Assembly (NCBI GenBank): GCA_963842525.1
Contig: CAWJGT010000003.1
Location: 1,920,001-1,984,000, forward strand
Reading direction: 5' to 3'
DNA from: an uncultured Holophagales bacterium
GTDB lineage: Bacteria > Acidobacteriota > Thermoanaerobaculia > Multivoradales > UBA5704
DNA length: 64,000 bases
Below the pieces are notes generated by a model that saw nothing but the letters and a program-made list of their open reading frames with translations, was not told the DNA's origin and did not search any database. Below are positions 18,841 to 28,034 of the stretch, piece after piece (the stretch's first letter is position 1; every line of letters begins with the position of its first letter). The position numbers and the translations under genes are program-made.

Positions 18841-20907
18841 CCTCTTTCCGACCCCCTCCGCACCTTCCCCGGCATCGGCCCAGCGCGCGCCCGGTCGCTC
18901 GCCGAAGCCGGCTACCAGACGGCCGCGGACCTGGTGCTCCATCTGCCGCATCGCTATGAGGACCGGCGCGAGGTGCGGCCGGTCGCCGCGGCTGCGGCCG
19001 GCGTTGCGGCCACGTTCCGCGGCCGGCTTGCCCACATGCGCCGGATCCGCACCCGGCGGCGCGGTTTCAACCTGGTGCGCGGCGTCCTGGAGGACGGCAC
19101 CGGAGCGCTGGCGGTCGTCTGGTTCAACCAGCCCTATCTGGCGAACCGGGAGATGGAGGGAGAGGACTGGCTCCTTCATGGCCCGGTGCGGGAAACGAAG
19201 GACGGCTTGGAGCTGCTGAGCCCCACCTGCGAACGAGCGGATGCCGCTCTGCACAGCGCCTGCATTGCGCCGGTCTACCCGGCGATTTCTCAGGTCCGCG
19301 GCCTCGGACCGCAGTCGCTCCGCCGGCTGATGGATACGGTCCTCCGCGAGGTCGACCTCCCGGCGCAGGTGCTCGAATTCGTCCCACGGGAGCTGCTGGA
19401 CCGCCACGGCCTGCCGCCTCTGGGCGAGGCGCTGGAGCTTCTTCATCATCCAGATGACGGCACGGACCCGGAAGCTCTCAACCAACGGCGGAGCCCCGGT
19501 CACCTGCGCCTGCTCTACGGCGAGCTCCTGGAGATGCAGCTCGCCCTCGGCCGCCTCCGCGAGCGCGAGACCGCGCAGCCGCGCGTCCTTATTTATAAGG
19601 TCGACGACCCCATCCGGCACGCCGCCCGCGAAGTCCTGCCCTACCGGCTCACCGCGGCCCAGAAGCGCGTCCTGCGCGAGATCGTGGCCGACCTCCAGAG
19701 ACCACAGCCCATGCTCCGCCTCCTTCAGGGGGACGTGGGAAGCGGTAAGACGATCGTCGCGGCCCTGGCCCTGGTCGTGGCCCTGGAGAACGGCTACCAG
19801 GGCGCCTTCATGGCCCCTACCGAGTTGCTCGCCGAGCAGCACTACGCCAACCTGGAAAGGCTGCTCGGGCATCGCTACCGCCTCGGCCTCGTCGCCGGAG
19901 GCAAAGGCAGCCGGGCCGGCCGCGTCAGGGAACAGCTCGCAGCGGGAGAGATCCAACTCGCCGTTGGGACCCACGCGCTGATTCAGGAGAGGGTCGAATT
20001 CCGCCGCCTCGGGCTCGCCGTGGTGGACGAGCAGCACCGGTTCGGCGTAGCCCAGCGGACCCTGCTGCGCCGCAAGGGCGACCGGCCGGACCTCCTCGTC
20101 ATGACCGCGACGCCGATCCCGCGCACCCTCGCCCTCACGGCCTGGGGTGACCTCGACGTCTCCACCCTGGACGAGATGCCGCCCGGGAGGACGCCGGTCG
20201 AGACGAAGGTCGTCCCGGCAAAAGACCGCCGGAAGGTCTACACAAGGCTGCGCAAAGAGCTGGCCGCCGGAGGCCGCGCCTACGTGGTGGCACCGCTCAT
20301 CGAAGGCAGCGCCCAGGTCGCGGCGGCCTCGCTGGACGAGGTGGAAGAGCACGTCCGCCGCGAGCTCCCGGACCAGCCCTACGCTGTCCTCCACGGCCGC
20401 CTGCCCTCTGGCGAGAGGGAGCGGATCATGGCCGCCTTCGCCGCCGGGGACGTGCGCGTCCTCGTCGCCACCACGGTGATCGAGGTCGGCGTGGACGTGC
20501 CCGAAGCGACCTGCATGGTGATCGAGAGCGCCGAGCGCTTCGGCCTCGCCCAGCTCCACCAGCTCCGCGGCCGGGTGGGACGAGGCCTGAGGCCGTCCCT
20601 CTGCTTCGCCCTCCACGGCCGCCTCACGGAAGAAGCGAAGCAGCGCCTAGAGGTCTTCGCACGCACCCAGGACGGCTTCGAGATCGCCGAGGCCGACCTG
20701 CAGATCCGCGGCCCCGGAGACGTCCTGGGCACCCGCCAGGCCGGCCTGCCGCTCCTCCGCTTCGCCCGCCTGCCCGAAGACTTCGACTGGCTCGTCCAAG
20801 CCCGCGACGACGCCCGCGACCTCCTCCCCCGGCTCGAAGAGCCCGAGCTGGAAGCCCTCCGCCGCCACACCGACTGGTGGCTGGAAAGGTTGGGGGGCTT
20901 CGAATAA
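18835..20907 (+). CDS. recG: ATP-dependent DNA helicase RecG
   Basis: GIGP, HLPHRYED, QGDVGSGKT, MAPTELLAEQH, DEQHRFG, MTATPIPRTL, QLRGRVGRG. Confidence 0.97.
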   Translation: MRPLSDPLRTFPGIGPARARSLAEAGYQTAADLVLHLPHRYEDRREVRPVAAAAAGVAATFRGRLAHMRRIRTRRRGFNLVRGVLEDGTGALAVVWFNQPYLANREMEGEDWLLHGPVRETKDGLELLSPTCERADAALHSACIAPVYPAISQVRGLGPQSLRRLMDTVLREVDLPAQVLEFVPRELLDRHGLPPLGEALELLHHPDDGTDPEALNQRRSPGHLRLLYGELLEMQLALGRLRERETAQPRVLIYKVDDPIRHAAREVLPYRLTAAQKRVLREIVADLQRPQPMLRLLQGDVGSGKTIVAALALVVALENGYQGAFMAPTELLAEQHYANLERLLGHRYRLGLVAGGKGSRAGRVREQLAAGEIQLAVGTHALIQERVEFRRLGLAVVDEQHRFGVAQRTLLRRKGDRPDLLVMTATPIPRTLALTAWGDLDVSTLDEMPPGRTPVETKVVPAKDRRKVYTRLRKELAAGGRAYVVAPLIEGSAQVAAASLDEVEEHVRRELPDQPYAVLHGRLPSGERERIMAAFAAGDVRVLVATTVIEVGVDVPEATCMVIESAERFGLAQLHQLRGRVGRGLRPSLCFALHGRLTEEAKQRLEVFARTQDGFEIAEADLQIRGPGDVLGTRQAGLPLLRFARLPEDFDWLVQARDDARDLLPRLEEPELEALRRHTDWWLERLGGFE

Positions 20908-20921
20908 GGCGGGAGGGGGAA

Positions 20922-21039
20922 CCCCTGGGACCGCGGGCGTCCCGCCCGCACAGACTTCAAGCGACCAGTGCGTTGCCGCTATTTTTACGGCAGCTCCAAC
21001 ATCGAGGAAGGGCGGGCGAGACGCCCGCGGTCCCAGGGG
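20922..21039. repeat. REP-like inverted repeat, family B
   Basis: 28-bp arms CCCCTGGGACCGCGGGCGTCCCGCCCGC / GCGGGCGAGACGCCCGCGGTCCCAGGGG, one mismatch. Confidence 0.85.
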
Positions 21040-21090
21040 GAAACGGCTCGGCCCCGGGTGGCTGCATTACACTTTCGCAAGGAGGGGAAC

Positions 21091-21225
21091 ATGAGCCAAT
21101 CAACCATCACCGGCAAAGACCACATTGCCTTTCTCCGCAGACAAGGCTCGATTCGGGTCGGACCCGGCTCGACCGTCAAGGACATCCAACGAGCCCGCAA
21201 GTTGCGGGGGATCAAAAAGGGATGA
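21091..21225 (+). CDS. Putative 44-aa basic small protein or gene remnant
   Basis: AAGGAGG RBS ahead of ATG; MSQSTITGKDHIAFLRRQG...RARKLRGIKKG. Confidence 0.4.
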   Translation: MSQSTITGKDHIAFLRRQGSIRVGPGSTVKDIQRARKLRGIKKG

Positions 21226-21256
21226 AGCCGATCCTGATTGTTGAAAGACCACGCCC

Positions 21257-22708
21257 ATGGCTTCCGAGACCTCCGGCCCCGTGTTCGTTCTCGACGTCGG
21301 CACCGATGCCGACGCGGGCGTCGTCCGCCTCCACCTGACGGACGAGCACGGCGACCGCCAGGTCGGCGATAACCAGGTGCGCCTCGCGGAGCACAGCGCG
21401 GCGCTATGGCAGGGGCTGTTCGACACGCGCGCCTTCGTCCGGACCTATGCGAACAGTATGCGCTTCACTGACCGGCCTGCGACGTCGGCGGAGCTACTCG
21501 CACAGATCGGCGTCTTCCTGGGAGAGAAGATCCTCGGCCCCGAGATCATGGAGGCGCTTCACGCGGGGAAACATCACCGGTCGCTGCTGGTCCGGCAGCC
21601 GCTGGTTCCAATGGACCGCCCGGAGGACCGCCTCGCGTCGGCGTTCGCCCGGGTGCCCTGGGAGATCGCGCGGCCTGCGGCCGGCCAGGAGCAGCTTCTC
21701 GAACGCAACCTGGTGGTGCGGATGGAAGCGTTGGGCGCGTCCCCATCCTATGCGCCGCCTCCGCCGGGTCCGGACGAGACGCTGCGGGTGCTCCTGGTCT
21801 TCGCCGAGGCGCCGGGCTCGCGTCCGCTCGCCATGCGGCTCGAGCGGGAGCAGCTCCTCGGGCTCTTCTACGACGAGGTGATGCCGCGGCGCCGGGTGTC
21901 CGTGGATGTCCTCTGCCACGGCGTCACCCGAAAGGCCTTGAGCGAGAAGGTCCGCGACGCGGCTGGCTATCACGTGGTGCACTGGAGCGGCCACGGCCAT
22001 CACAATCTCCTGGAGCTGCAGGGCGAGGATGGCAAGAGGGATCTTCTGACGGGCGCCGCCCTGGTGGACCTCTTCGCTGATGCCGGTGGCTTCATTCCCC
22101 AACTCGTCTTCTTGAGCGCCTGCCTCTCGGGCACCCTGGTCGGCGCTCGCGACTGGGCGGCGCTGGAAACCATCCTCCGCGAGGGGGAGGCGGGTGTGCG
22201 TAAGTCCGAGCCGGAGCCGGACAAAATCGAGCAGTTGACTGCGGAGCAGCCTGGCTATACCGGCACCGCCCTCGCACTGCTCGGAGCCGGTGTGCCGCAG
22301 GTGGTGGCGATGCGCTACGAGGTGGGCGACGCTTACGCCCGCGACCTCGCCGGTCTCTTCTACCGCAGGCTGTTCGTCGATAGTCAACCCAAGGCACCGG
22401 CGAGCGCGCTGTCCCTGGCCCGCGGGGAGCTGTTGGATCGGCAGGCAGGCGAGCACGATGTGGTCGATCACGCCACGCCGCTTCTCTTCGGCAGCGCCGC
22501 GGGTCCTCTCTCGGCGCCTCCAGGCCGAAGCTCTGCCCTGGCCTTCCGCCGGCCGCGCCCACAGCCGCTCCTGACGGACAGCCGCGAGCTCGACCGGCCC
22601 GCGGAGCTGGTGGGCCGCGGCGCGCTCACGGAGTGGAACGTGGAGATCGACGGGCTGCAGGCGCGGATCGATCAGCACGTGGAGGAGGTGCGGCGGGGGG
22701 TGGAATGA
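21257..22708 (+). CDS. CHAT-domain (caspase-like) protein, apparently C-terminally truncated
   Basis: ARVPWE, HVVHWSGHG, LVFLSACLSG, VPQVVAMRYEV, FYRRL; ends soon after ELVGR. Confidence 0.85.
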   Translation: MASETSGPVFVLDVGTDADAGVVRLHLTDEHGDRQVGDNQVRLAEHSAALWQGLFDTRAFVRTYANSMRFTDRPATSAELLAQIGVFLGEKILGPEIMEALHAGKHHRSLLVRQPLVPMDRPEDRLASAFARVPWEIARPAAGQEQLLERNLVVRMEALGASPSYAPPPPGPDETLRVLLVFAEAPGSRPLAMRLEREQLLGLFYDEVMPRRRVSVDVLCHGVTRKALSEKVRDAAGYHVVHWSGHGHHNLLELQGEDGKRDLLTGAALVDLFADAGGFIPQLVFLSACLSGTLVGARDWAALETILREGEAGVRKSEPEPDKIEQLTAEQPGYTGTALALLGAGVPQVVAMRYEVGDAYARDLAGLFYRRLFVDSQPKAPASALSLARGELLDRQAGEHDVVDHATPLLFGSAAGPLSAPPGRSSALAFRRPRPQPLLTDSRELDRPAELVGRGALTEWNVEIDGLQARIDQHVEEVRRGVE

Positions 22709-22768
22709 CCTCACCCCCTGGCCCCCTCTCCCATCTCCCACCTTTCCATCCCCGGGAGAGGGGGGACG
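22709..22768. repeat. REP element, family A (single arm)
   Basis: TGA then CCTCACCCCCTGGCCCCCTCTCCCATC..CCGGGAGAGGGGGGACG. Confidence 0.88.
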
Positions 22769-22838
22769 TTGTTGAAGCCGTCCTCCGCATTGCCGTCTGC
22801 CTGTATACTGAGTTGGATGTCTGCAAGGGAGGTGTGCA

Positions 22839-23069
22839 GTGGCCAAGGCTGCCGTTGAGCTCGCACAAGCCAAGGACCAGTTGGCGCAATTGATCGAGGA
22901 GGTCCAGAGCGGGATCGAGCTCGTCATCACGCGCGACGGCCTTCCCGTGGCCCGGCTCCTGCCGGCCTTGGAAGCTCCATCCGATCGCGTACCGGGCAGC
23001 GCCAAGGGTCTGTTCACCGTACCTGACGACTTTGATTCCCCGCTTGAGGATTTCCGCGAGTACGTGTAG
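22839..23069 (+). CDS. Phd/YefM-family antitoxin
   Basis: AKDQLAQLIEEV..ELVITRDG.PVARL; C-terminal VPDDFDSPL; GGAGG RBS. Confidence 0.9.
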   Translation: MAKAAVELAQAKDQLAQLIEEVQSGIELVITRDGLPVARLLPALEAPSDRVPGSAKGLFTVPDDFDSPLEDFREYV

Positions 23070-23077
23070 GCCCCTGC

Positions 23078-23463
23078 ATGCTGCGAGCTCTGCTGGACAC
23101 GCACAGCTTTCTCTGGTTTGTCACTGCAGATCCGAAGCTCAGCGCCACGGCGGAGGGTCTGATCTCCGTTGGAAGCAACGAATTCCTTCTCAGTGTGGCA
23201 TCCGTCTGGGAGATCGCAAGGTGAGCATCGGCCGCCTGCCTATTCCTGAGCCGCTCGACACGTTTATCCCTGAGCACCTCCGCGCCAACCGTATCGGCCT
23301 GCTGCCGATCGAGCCCAGGCATGCCTTTGAAGTTGCCCGACTGCCCCTCCATCACCGCGATCCTTTCGACCGCTTGCTGATCGCCCAGGCGATCGTCGAA
23401 GGTCTGCCGATCGTCAGCGCGGATTCTGCCTTCGATAGCTACTCCATCGAGCGGCTTTGGTAG
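23078..23463 (+). pseudogene. VapC/PIN toxin, frameshifted near 23220
   Basis: LLDTHSFLW..SVASVWEIA then other frame KVSIGRL..HRDPFDRLLIAQA..IVSAD. Confidence 0.85.
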
Positions 23464-23477
23464 GCTGCTGTGGCCCC

Positions 23478-23522
23478 GCCCAGGGTTGACACCCTGGGCT
23501 ACCGAATGCCGCCCTCCGGGCT
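23478..23522. repeat. REP-like palindrome, family C
   Basis: GCCCAGGGT-TGAC-ACCCTGGGC hairpin followed by GCCGCCCTCCGGGCT; single copy in the window. Confidence 0.55.
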
Positions 23523-23597
23523 CGTCCTTCATGCTGCTCCGCGTGCGGTCGTGCCGCTGCCGCTCAATAAAGGCTGCGGCGGTCGCACGGGCTCGGC

Positions 23598-24875
23598 ATG
23601 CTACGCTCGCCCGTGTCCACTCACGAGGTCAGCATCTGCGAGCCGGGAGCCGGAGGAGTAAGAGTGCTCCTCGTCGCCAACACCCTGCCGCCCCGGGACG
23701 TTTCCGGGGTCGGGGAACAGGTGCTACAGTTGGCGGCCGGCCTGCGGGAGACCGGATGCGAGGTGGAGGTGCTGGGCCGTGGCTCTGGCGGCGTCGCGGG
23801 TCCGAAGGTCCTGTTCCCTCTTTTTGCGGTGACGGCGGTCTGGCGGGCGCTGCGGCGGTTCCGGCCCCATGTGGTGCAGGTCCATGAGTCGGATGGCGGT
23901 CTGGCCGCGCTCCTCGTTGCGATCGTGGCGCCGCTCCTGGTGCCGCGCCCGAAGCTGGTGGCCCTCCTCCAGGTGAGCTATGTCGAGGAGCTGCGGGCGG
24001 TGCGGCCTCTGCGGGCTGCGGACGGGCGGGTGTTGGGCCGGCCGGGCGGCATCGAGCGGCGTTTCCGCTGGCTCAAGGCGCCGGTCCAGATCGTCCTCGG
24101 CTGCGTCACCGCCTGGACGGCTGATCTGGTGCTGACGCCCAGCGCGGCTACGGGTGACGAGGTGCGCCGCGATTATGGTGTGGGCGAAGTGGCGGTCGTC
24201 CCCAATGTGACGGGTGGGCTGGAGGTGGGGGCGCCGGTGGCCGAGCCCGGAGAGTCGCCCGGCTATCTGCTGTTCGTCGGCCGCCTGCGCATCCGCAAGG
24301 GGGTCGAGGTGCTGCTGGAGGCTTTGCGGTCTCTGGACGCGCGGCTGCTGATCGCGGGGGATGGCGAGCACCGGGCCGCTCTGGAGCGCCGGGCAGCGGA
24401 GCTGGAGCTGGTCTCGAAGGTCCGCTTCCTTGGCCGCCGCGACGCCGCGCAGGTCCGGGGTTTGCTCCGTGGCGCGCGTGCCTTGGTGGTCCCCTCGATC
24501 TACGAGGGGATGCCGCTGGTCGTGCTGGAGGCGATGGAGGCCGGCTTGCCGGTTGTTGCCAGCCGGGTGAGCGGCATCCCCGAGGTCGTGGAGGACGGCC
24601 GGACCGGCTGGCTGGTGCCGCCGGAGGACCCGGAGGCTCTTGCCGGTGCGCTGGCCGAGGTGCTGGCGGATCGGGAGGAGGCGGGGCGGCGTGGTGAAGA
24701 AGGGAAGCGGCGGGTGGAGGAGCGGTTTCGGCCGGCTCATGCGGCGCGGGTGTGGCGCGAGAAGATCCTCACCCCCTGTCCCCCTCTCCCATCGCCCCCC
24801 CTGCCGCCGGGAGAGGGGGGACGTGGAGGAGGCGATGTGCAGCAAACGGGATCGGATGGGTTTCGGGGAGTGTGA
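23598..24875 (+). CDS. Glycosyltransferase family 4 (start probably near 23660; C terminus runs into a repeat)
   Basis: RVLLVANT, LFVGRLRIRKG, PSIYEGMPLVVLEAMEAG, GIPEVV. Confidence 0.92.
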   Translation: MLRSPVSTHEVSICEPGAGGVRVLLVANTLPPRDVSGVGEQVLQLAAGLRETGCEVEVLGRGSGGVAGPKVLFPLFAVTAVWRALRRFRPHVVQVHESDGGLAALLVAIVAPLLVPRPKLVALLQVSYVEELRAVRPLRAADGRVLGRPGGIERRFRWLKAPVQIVLGCVTAWTADLVLTPSAATGDEVRRDYGVGEVAVVPNVTGGLEVGAPVAEPGESPGYLLFVGRLRIRKGVEVLLEALRSLDARLLIAGDGEHRAALERRAAELELVSKVRFLGRRDAAQVRGLLRGARALVVPSIYEGMPLVVLEAMEAGLPVVASRVSGIPEVVEDGRTGWLVPPEDPEALAGALAEVLADREEAGRRGEEGKRRVEERFRPAHAARVWREKILTPCPPLPSPPLPPGEGGRGGGDVQQTGSDGFRGV

Positions 24876-24971
24876 GGAGAGATTGCATCGACCTTGCCAC
24901 GAACGCATCGCCTGCGTCCCCCCTCTCCCGGTCGGGGGGAGTGCGATGGGAGAGGGGGACAGGGGGTGAGG
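24767..24971. repeat. REP/MITE-like element, family A (inverted pair)
   Basis: CCTCACCCCCTGTCCCCCTCTCCCATCGC ... GCGATGGGAGAGGGGGACAGGGGGTGAGG. Confidence 0.92.
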
Positions 24972-25034
24972 TTCTTGGCCGGGAGGATGGATAATCGGAG
25001 GGGTTGACGGAATGACGCTCAAAGGACTCCAACC

Positions 25035-25541
25035 ATGATGGGACGCGCTCTGCTGATCGTCGGCGTGATGGCGACGCTCGGCCTCATCGCTTCGGCGGTT
25101 CTGGGCTATGGCCTGGACATTCCGACCGATCCGGACATGCCGCGCCATGTCCTCGTGGCCCTCGCGTCCAGCCTGCTGCTCCTGTTTTCCCACTGCTGGA
25201 TCATGTTCTACCTGATCGGTACCGGGAAGGCGATCAAGGACGTGGTCAAGGAACACGGGCTGGAGGCGCAGATCGTCGAGGACACCAAGCGCTTCAAGAA
25301 CCTCTCCTATCCCTGGCTGATGCTCGCCATGGGCCTCGCCATGGCGGCCTTCATCCTCGGCGGCGGTGCGGCCACCGGCTCGCTCCCGTCGTGGGTCCAT
25401 CACGTCCTCTCCTATCTGGCCCTGGCGACCCAGTTGAAGGCCCTGTGGGTGGAGTGGCGCGTGCTGGACGAGAACGAGCGGCTCATGGCGAGCGTCGACC
25501 GCCGGATCCTCGCCCTGCCGGCCGGAGGGAGCGCGGCGTGA
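25035..25541 (+). CDS. Hypothetical four-TM membrane protein
   Basis: AGGA RBS; four hydrophobic segments; FYLIGTGKAIK; overlaps the next gene. Confidence 0.8.
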   Translation: MMGRALLIVGVMATLGLIASAVLGYGLDIPTDPDMPRHVLVALASSLLLLFSHCWIMFYLIGTGKAIKDVVKEHGLEAQIVEDTKRFKNLSYPWLMLAMGLAMAAFILGGGAATGSLPSWVHHVLSYLALATQLKALWVEWRVLDENERLMASVDRRILALPAGGSAA

Positions 25542-26488
25542 TCCATGCCGCGCATCGGGACCCCAACGCCCGGGTCGCCGTCGTTCTGGTGAACTGGAAC
25601 GGCGCCGGGGACACGCTCGCGACCCTGGCTTCGCTCGACGAGGTCGTGGGCGCCGAGGCGCTGCGCGTGATCGTGGTCGACAACGGCTCGACGGACGACT
25701 CGGTCGCCCGTCTGCGCCGCGAGCGGCCGGGGCTCGAGCTGGTCGAGACGGGCAAGAACCTGGGCTTCGCGGGCGGCAACGACGTCGGCATCAAGGCGGC
25801 CCTCGAAGCTCCGGAGGTCGGCTGGGTGCTCCTTCTCAACACCGACGTCGAGGTCGATCCCGGCTTCCTCGCGCCTCTGATCCGCGCCTGCGAGGACCCC
25901 GACATGGGTGCGGCCGGTCCGAAGATCTACTACTACGATCATCCCGACCGGCTGTGGGCCGCGGGCGGTCGCCTGCGCATCCGCGAGACGGTGGCCGTCG
26001 AGCTCGGCCGCGGCAAGCTGGACGGTCCGCGCTGGAACCGGGCGCGGGACGTCACGTATCTGACCACCTGCTGTTTGCTGATCCCCCGGGACGTGCTGGA
26101 GGAGGTCGGCCCCCTGGACCCGGCGTACTTCATCAACGTGGACGACGCCGACTGGTGCCGCCGCGCCCTGGACGCCGGCTACCGGCTGCGCTATGTGCCG
26201 GAGAGCCGCATCTGGCACAAGGTGGCGGTGGCGACCGCGGGCTCCTATACCCCGATGAAGACGTTCCACACCGGGCGGAGCAATGCAGTCTGGGTGCGCC
26301 GCCACGCCGGGCTTTTCGGGCTTGTCCGCTTCGTGGCGGCCAACCTGCTCGCCCTGCCGGCCGCATTCCTGCGCGAGCTGCCGCGCGGCAACGTCCAGGC
26401 GGTGCGGGCGAAGGCCCGCGGCGTCCTGAGCGGGCTCACCGAGCCGCTGCCGGAGCCGCCCGAGCCGCTGCGCAAGGAGCGCTCCTGA
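25538..26488 (+). CDS. Glycosyltransferase family 2
   Basis: VVLVNWN, VVDNGSTD, NLGFAGGN, LLLNTD, DDADWC. Confidence 0.92.
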   Translation: MIHAAHRDPNARVAVVLVNWNGAGDTLATLASLDEVVGAEALRVIVVDNGSTDDSVARLRRERPGLELVETGKNLGFAGGNDVGIKAALEAPEVGWVLLLNTDVEVDPGFLAPLIRACEDPDMGAAGPKIYYYDHPDRLWAAGGRLRIRETVAVELGRGKLDGPRWNRARDVTYLTTCCLLIPRDVLEEVGPLDPAYFINVDDADWCRRALDAGYRLRYVPESRIWHKVAVATAGSYTPMKTFHTGRSNAVWVRRHAGLFGLVRFVAANLLALPAAFLRELPRGNVQAVRAKARGVLSGLTEPLPEPPEPLRKERS

Positions 26489-27190
26489 GTGAACCCCGAA
26501 CGCCTCTTCGCCGCGGGGGTGCAGTACCTGCTGCTCCTGCTCGCCCTCTCGGCCCGCGAGGCGGCTCGCGCCTGGACGGCGGACCGCCTCGGCGATCCCA
26601 CGGCGCGCAGCCTGGGCCGGGTGAGCCTCAACCCGGTGCGGCACCTCGACCTCTTCGGCTCGGTGCTGCTGCCGCCGCTGCTTCTCGCTTTTGGCGCCCC
26701 GGTCTTCGGCTGGGGGAAGCCGGCGCCAGTGACGGGCCAGGGCTTCCGCAATCCCTGGCGGGACGGCATCCTGACCGCCGCGGCCGGGCCGATGGCCAAC
26801 TTCCTCCTCGCCCTGGTCGCCACGTTCGCGCTGATCGTGGCTGTAGCCAACCACGGTCCGGAGGGACGGCAGGCGGCCATGCGGGCGCTCCTGCCCCTGC
26901 TCCCTACTTCGGGTGTCGCGGAAGGATTGTCCAGCTTCCCGCTGATGTTCACGCTGGTGCGGATGGCGACGATCAACGCTTTCCTGGGCGTTTTCTTCCT
27001 GATCCCGGTGCCGCCGCTCGACGGCGGGGTGATCGCGCTCCATCTCCTCCCTCCGGATTGGGCGGAGAAGCTTGCGGTGATCCGGCCGTACGGAATTATG
27101 ATCGGCATGGCCCTCGCGGTCTTCAATGTCGTGACGCTGGTGCTGCTGCCCTTCTATGGCATCCTGAGCGTCCTCGTCCAACTCGTCTGA
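26489..27190 (+). CDS. Site-2 protease (M50) homologue with degenerate zinc motif
   Basis: LGDPTA..GRVSLNP..HLD, GWGKP, AAGPMAN, PVPPLDG; HExxH position reads REAAR. Confidence 0.88.
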   Translation: MNPERLFAAGVQYLLLLLALSAREAARAWTADRLGDPTARSLGRVSLNPVRHLDLFGSVLLPPLLLAFGAPVFGWGKPAPVTGQGFRNPWRDGILTAAAGPMANFLLALVATFALIVAVANHGPEGRQAAMRALLPLLPTSGVAEGLSSFPLMFTLVRMATINAFLGVFFLIPVPPLDGGVIALHLLPPDWAEKLAVIRPYGIMIGMALAVFNVVTLVLLPFYGILSVLVQLV

Positions 27191-27194
27191 GGGA

Positions 27195-28034
27195 GTGACC
27201 GTGAGCGCCGAAGACTTCTCCGAAGCATCCGCAGAGGCCCTCTCGCAGGAGGGCTCCTCGGGAGGGCTCCTCCCGGAGTCGTGGCGCGTCCATCTCCCGG
27301 TCTTCGAGGGGCCTCTCGACCTCCTCCTTCATCTGATCAAGATGAACAAGGTGGAGATCACCGACATCCCGGTGGCGACGATCTGCGACCAGTTCCACGC
27401 CTACCTGCAGCTCATGGAAGAGCTGAACCTGGACATCGCCGGCGAGTACATCTACGAGGCGGCGCTGCTGATCCATCTCAAGTCCAAGCTGCTGTTGCCG
27501 CGTCCGCCCAAGGCCGAGGGCGAGCCGGAGGAGGATCCGCGGCAGGAGCTGGTGGAGCGGCTGCTCGAATACCGCCGCCTCAAGGAGGCCGCGCAGTCGT
27601 TGGCCGAGCTCGACCGGCTGCGCATGGGCATCTGGACCCGCCGGCCGCAGCCGATGCCCAAGCCCGATCCGGAGGAGGCCGAGGAGGTCGAGCTCGGCGA
27701 GATCTCGCTCTTCGACCTGCTCGGGGCCTTGAAAGGCGCCCTGCTGCGTTACGAGCGGGAGCATCCGCCGCCGCTCCAGCTCACCCTGGAGGCGTACTCG
27801 GTCCGCGGCCAGTTCGAGCGCCTGCTCGGCCGGCTGGACGCAGGGCGCCCCTTCGACCTGCTCGACGACCTGCGCACCCGCTCCTGCCGTTCGGAGGCCA
27901 TCGCCGCCTTCCTGGCGGTGCTGGAGCTGGCGCGGCTCAACCTCGTGCGCATCCACCAGACCGAATCCGGGGACATCCTGCTCTACCGGACCACCCGCGA
28001 GCTCGGAGTGCACGACATGGAGGCGATCGGCTGA
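27195..28034 (+). CDS. scpA: Segregation and condensation protein A
   Basis: FEGPLDLLLHLI, LKSKLLLP, DPRQELVERLLEY, FLAVLEL. Confidence 0.95.
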   Translation: MTVSAEDFSEASAEALSQEGSSGGLLPESWRVHLPVFEGPLDLLLHLIKMNKVEITDIPVATICDQFHAYLQLMEELNLDIAGEYIYEAALLIHLKSKLLLPRPPKAEGEPEEDPRQELVERLLEYRRLKEAAQSLAELDRLRMGIWTRRPQPMPKPDPEEAEEVELGEISLFDLLGALKGALLRYEREHPPPLQLTLEAYSVRGQFERLLGRLDAGRPFDLLDDLRTRSCRSEAIAAFLAVLELARLNLVRIHQTESGDILLYRTTRELGVHDMEAIG

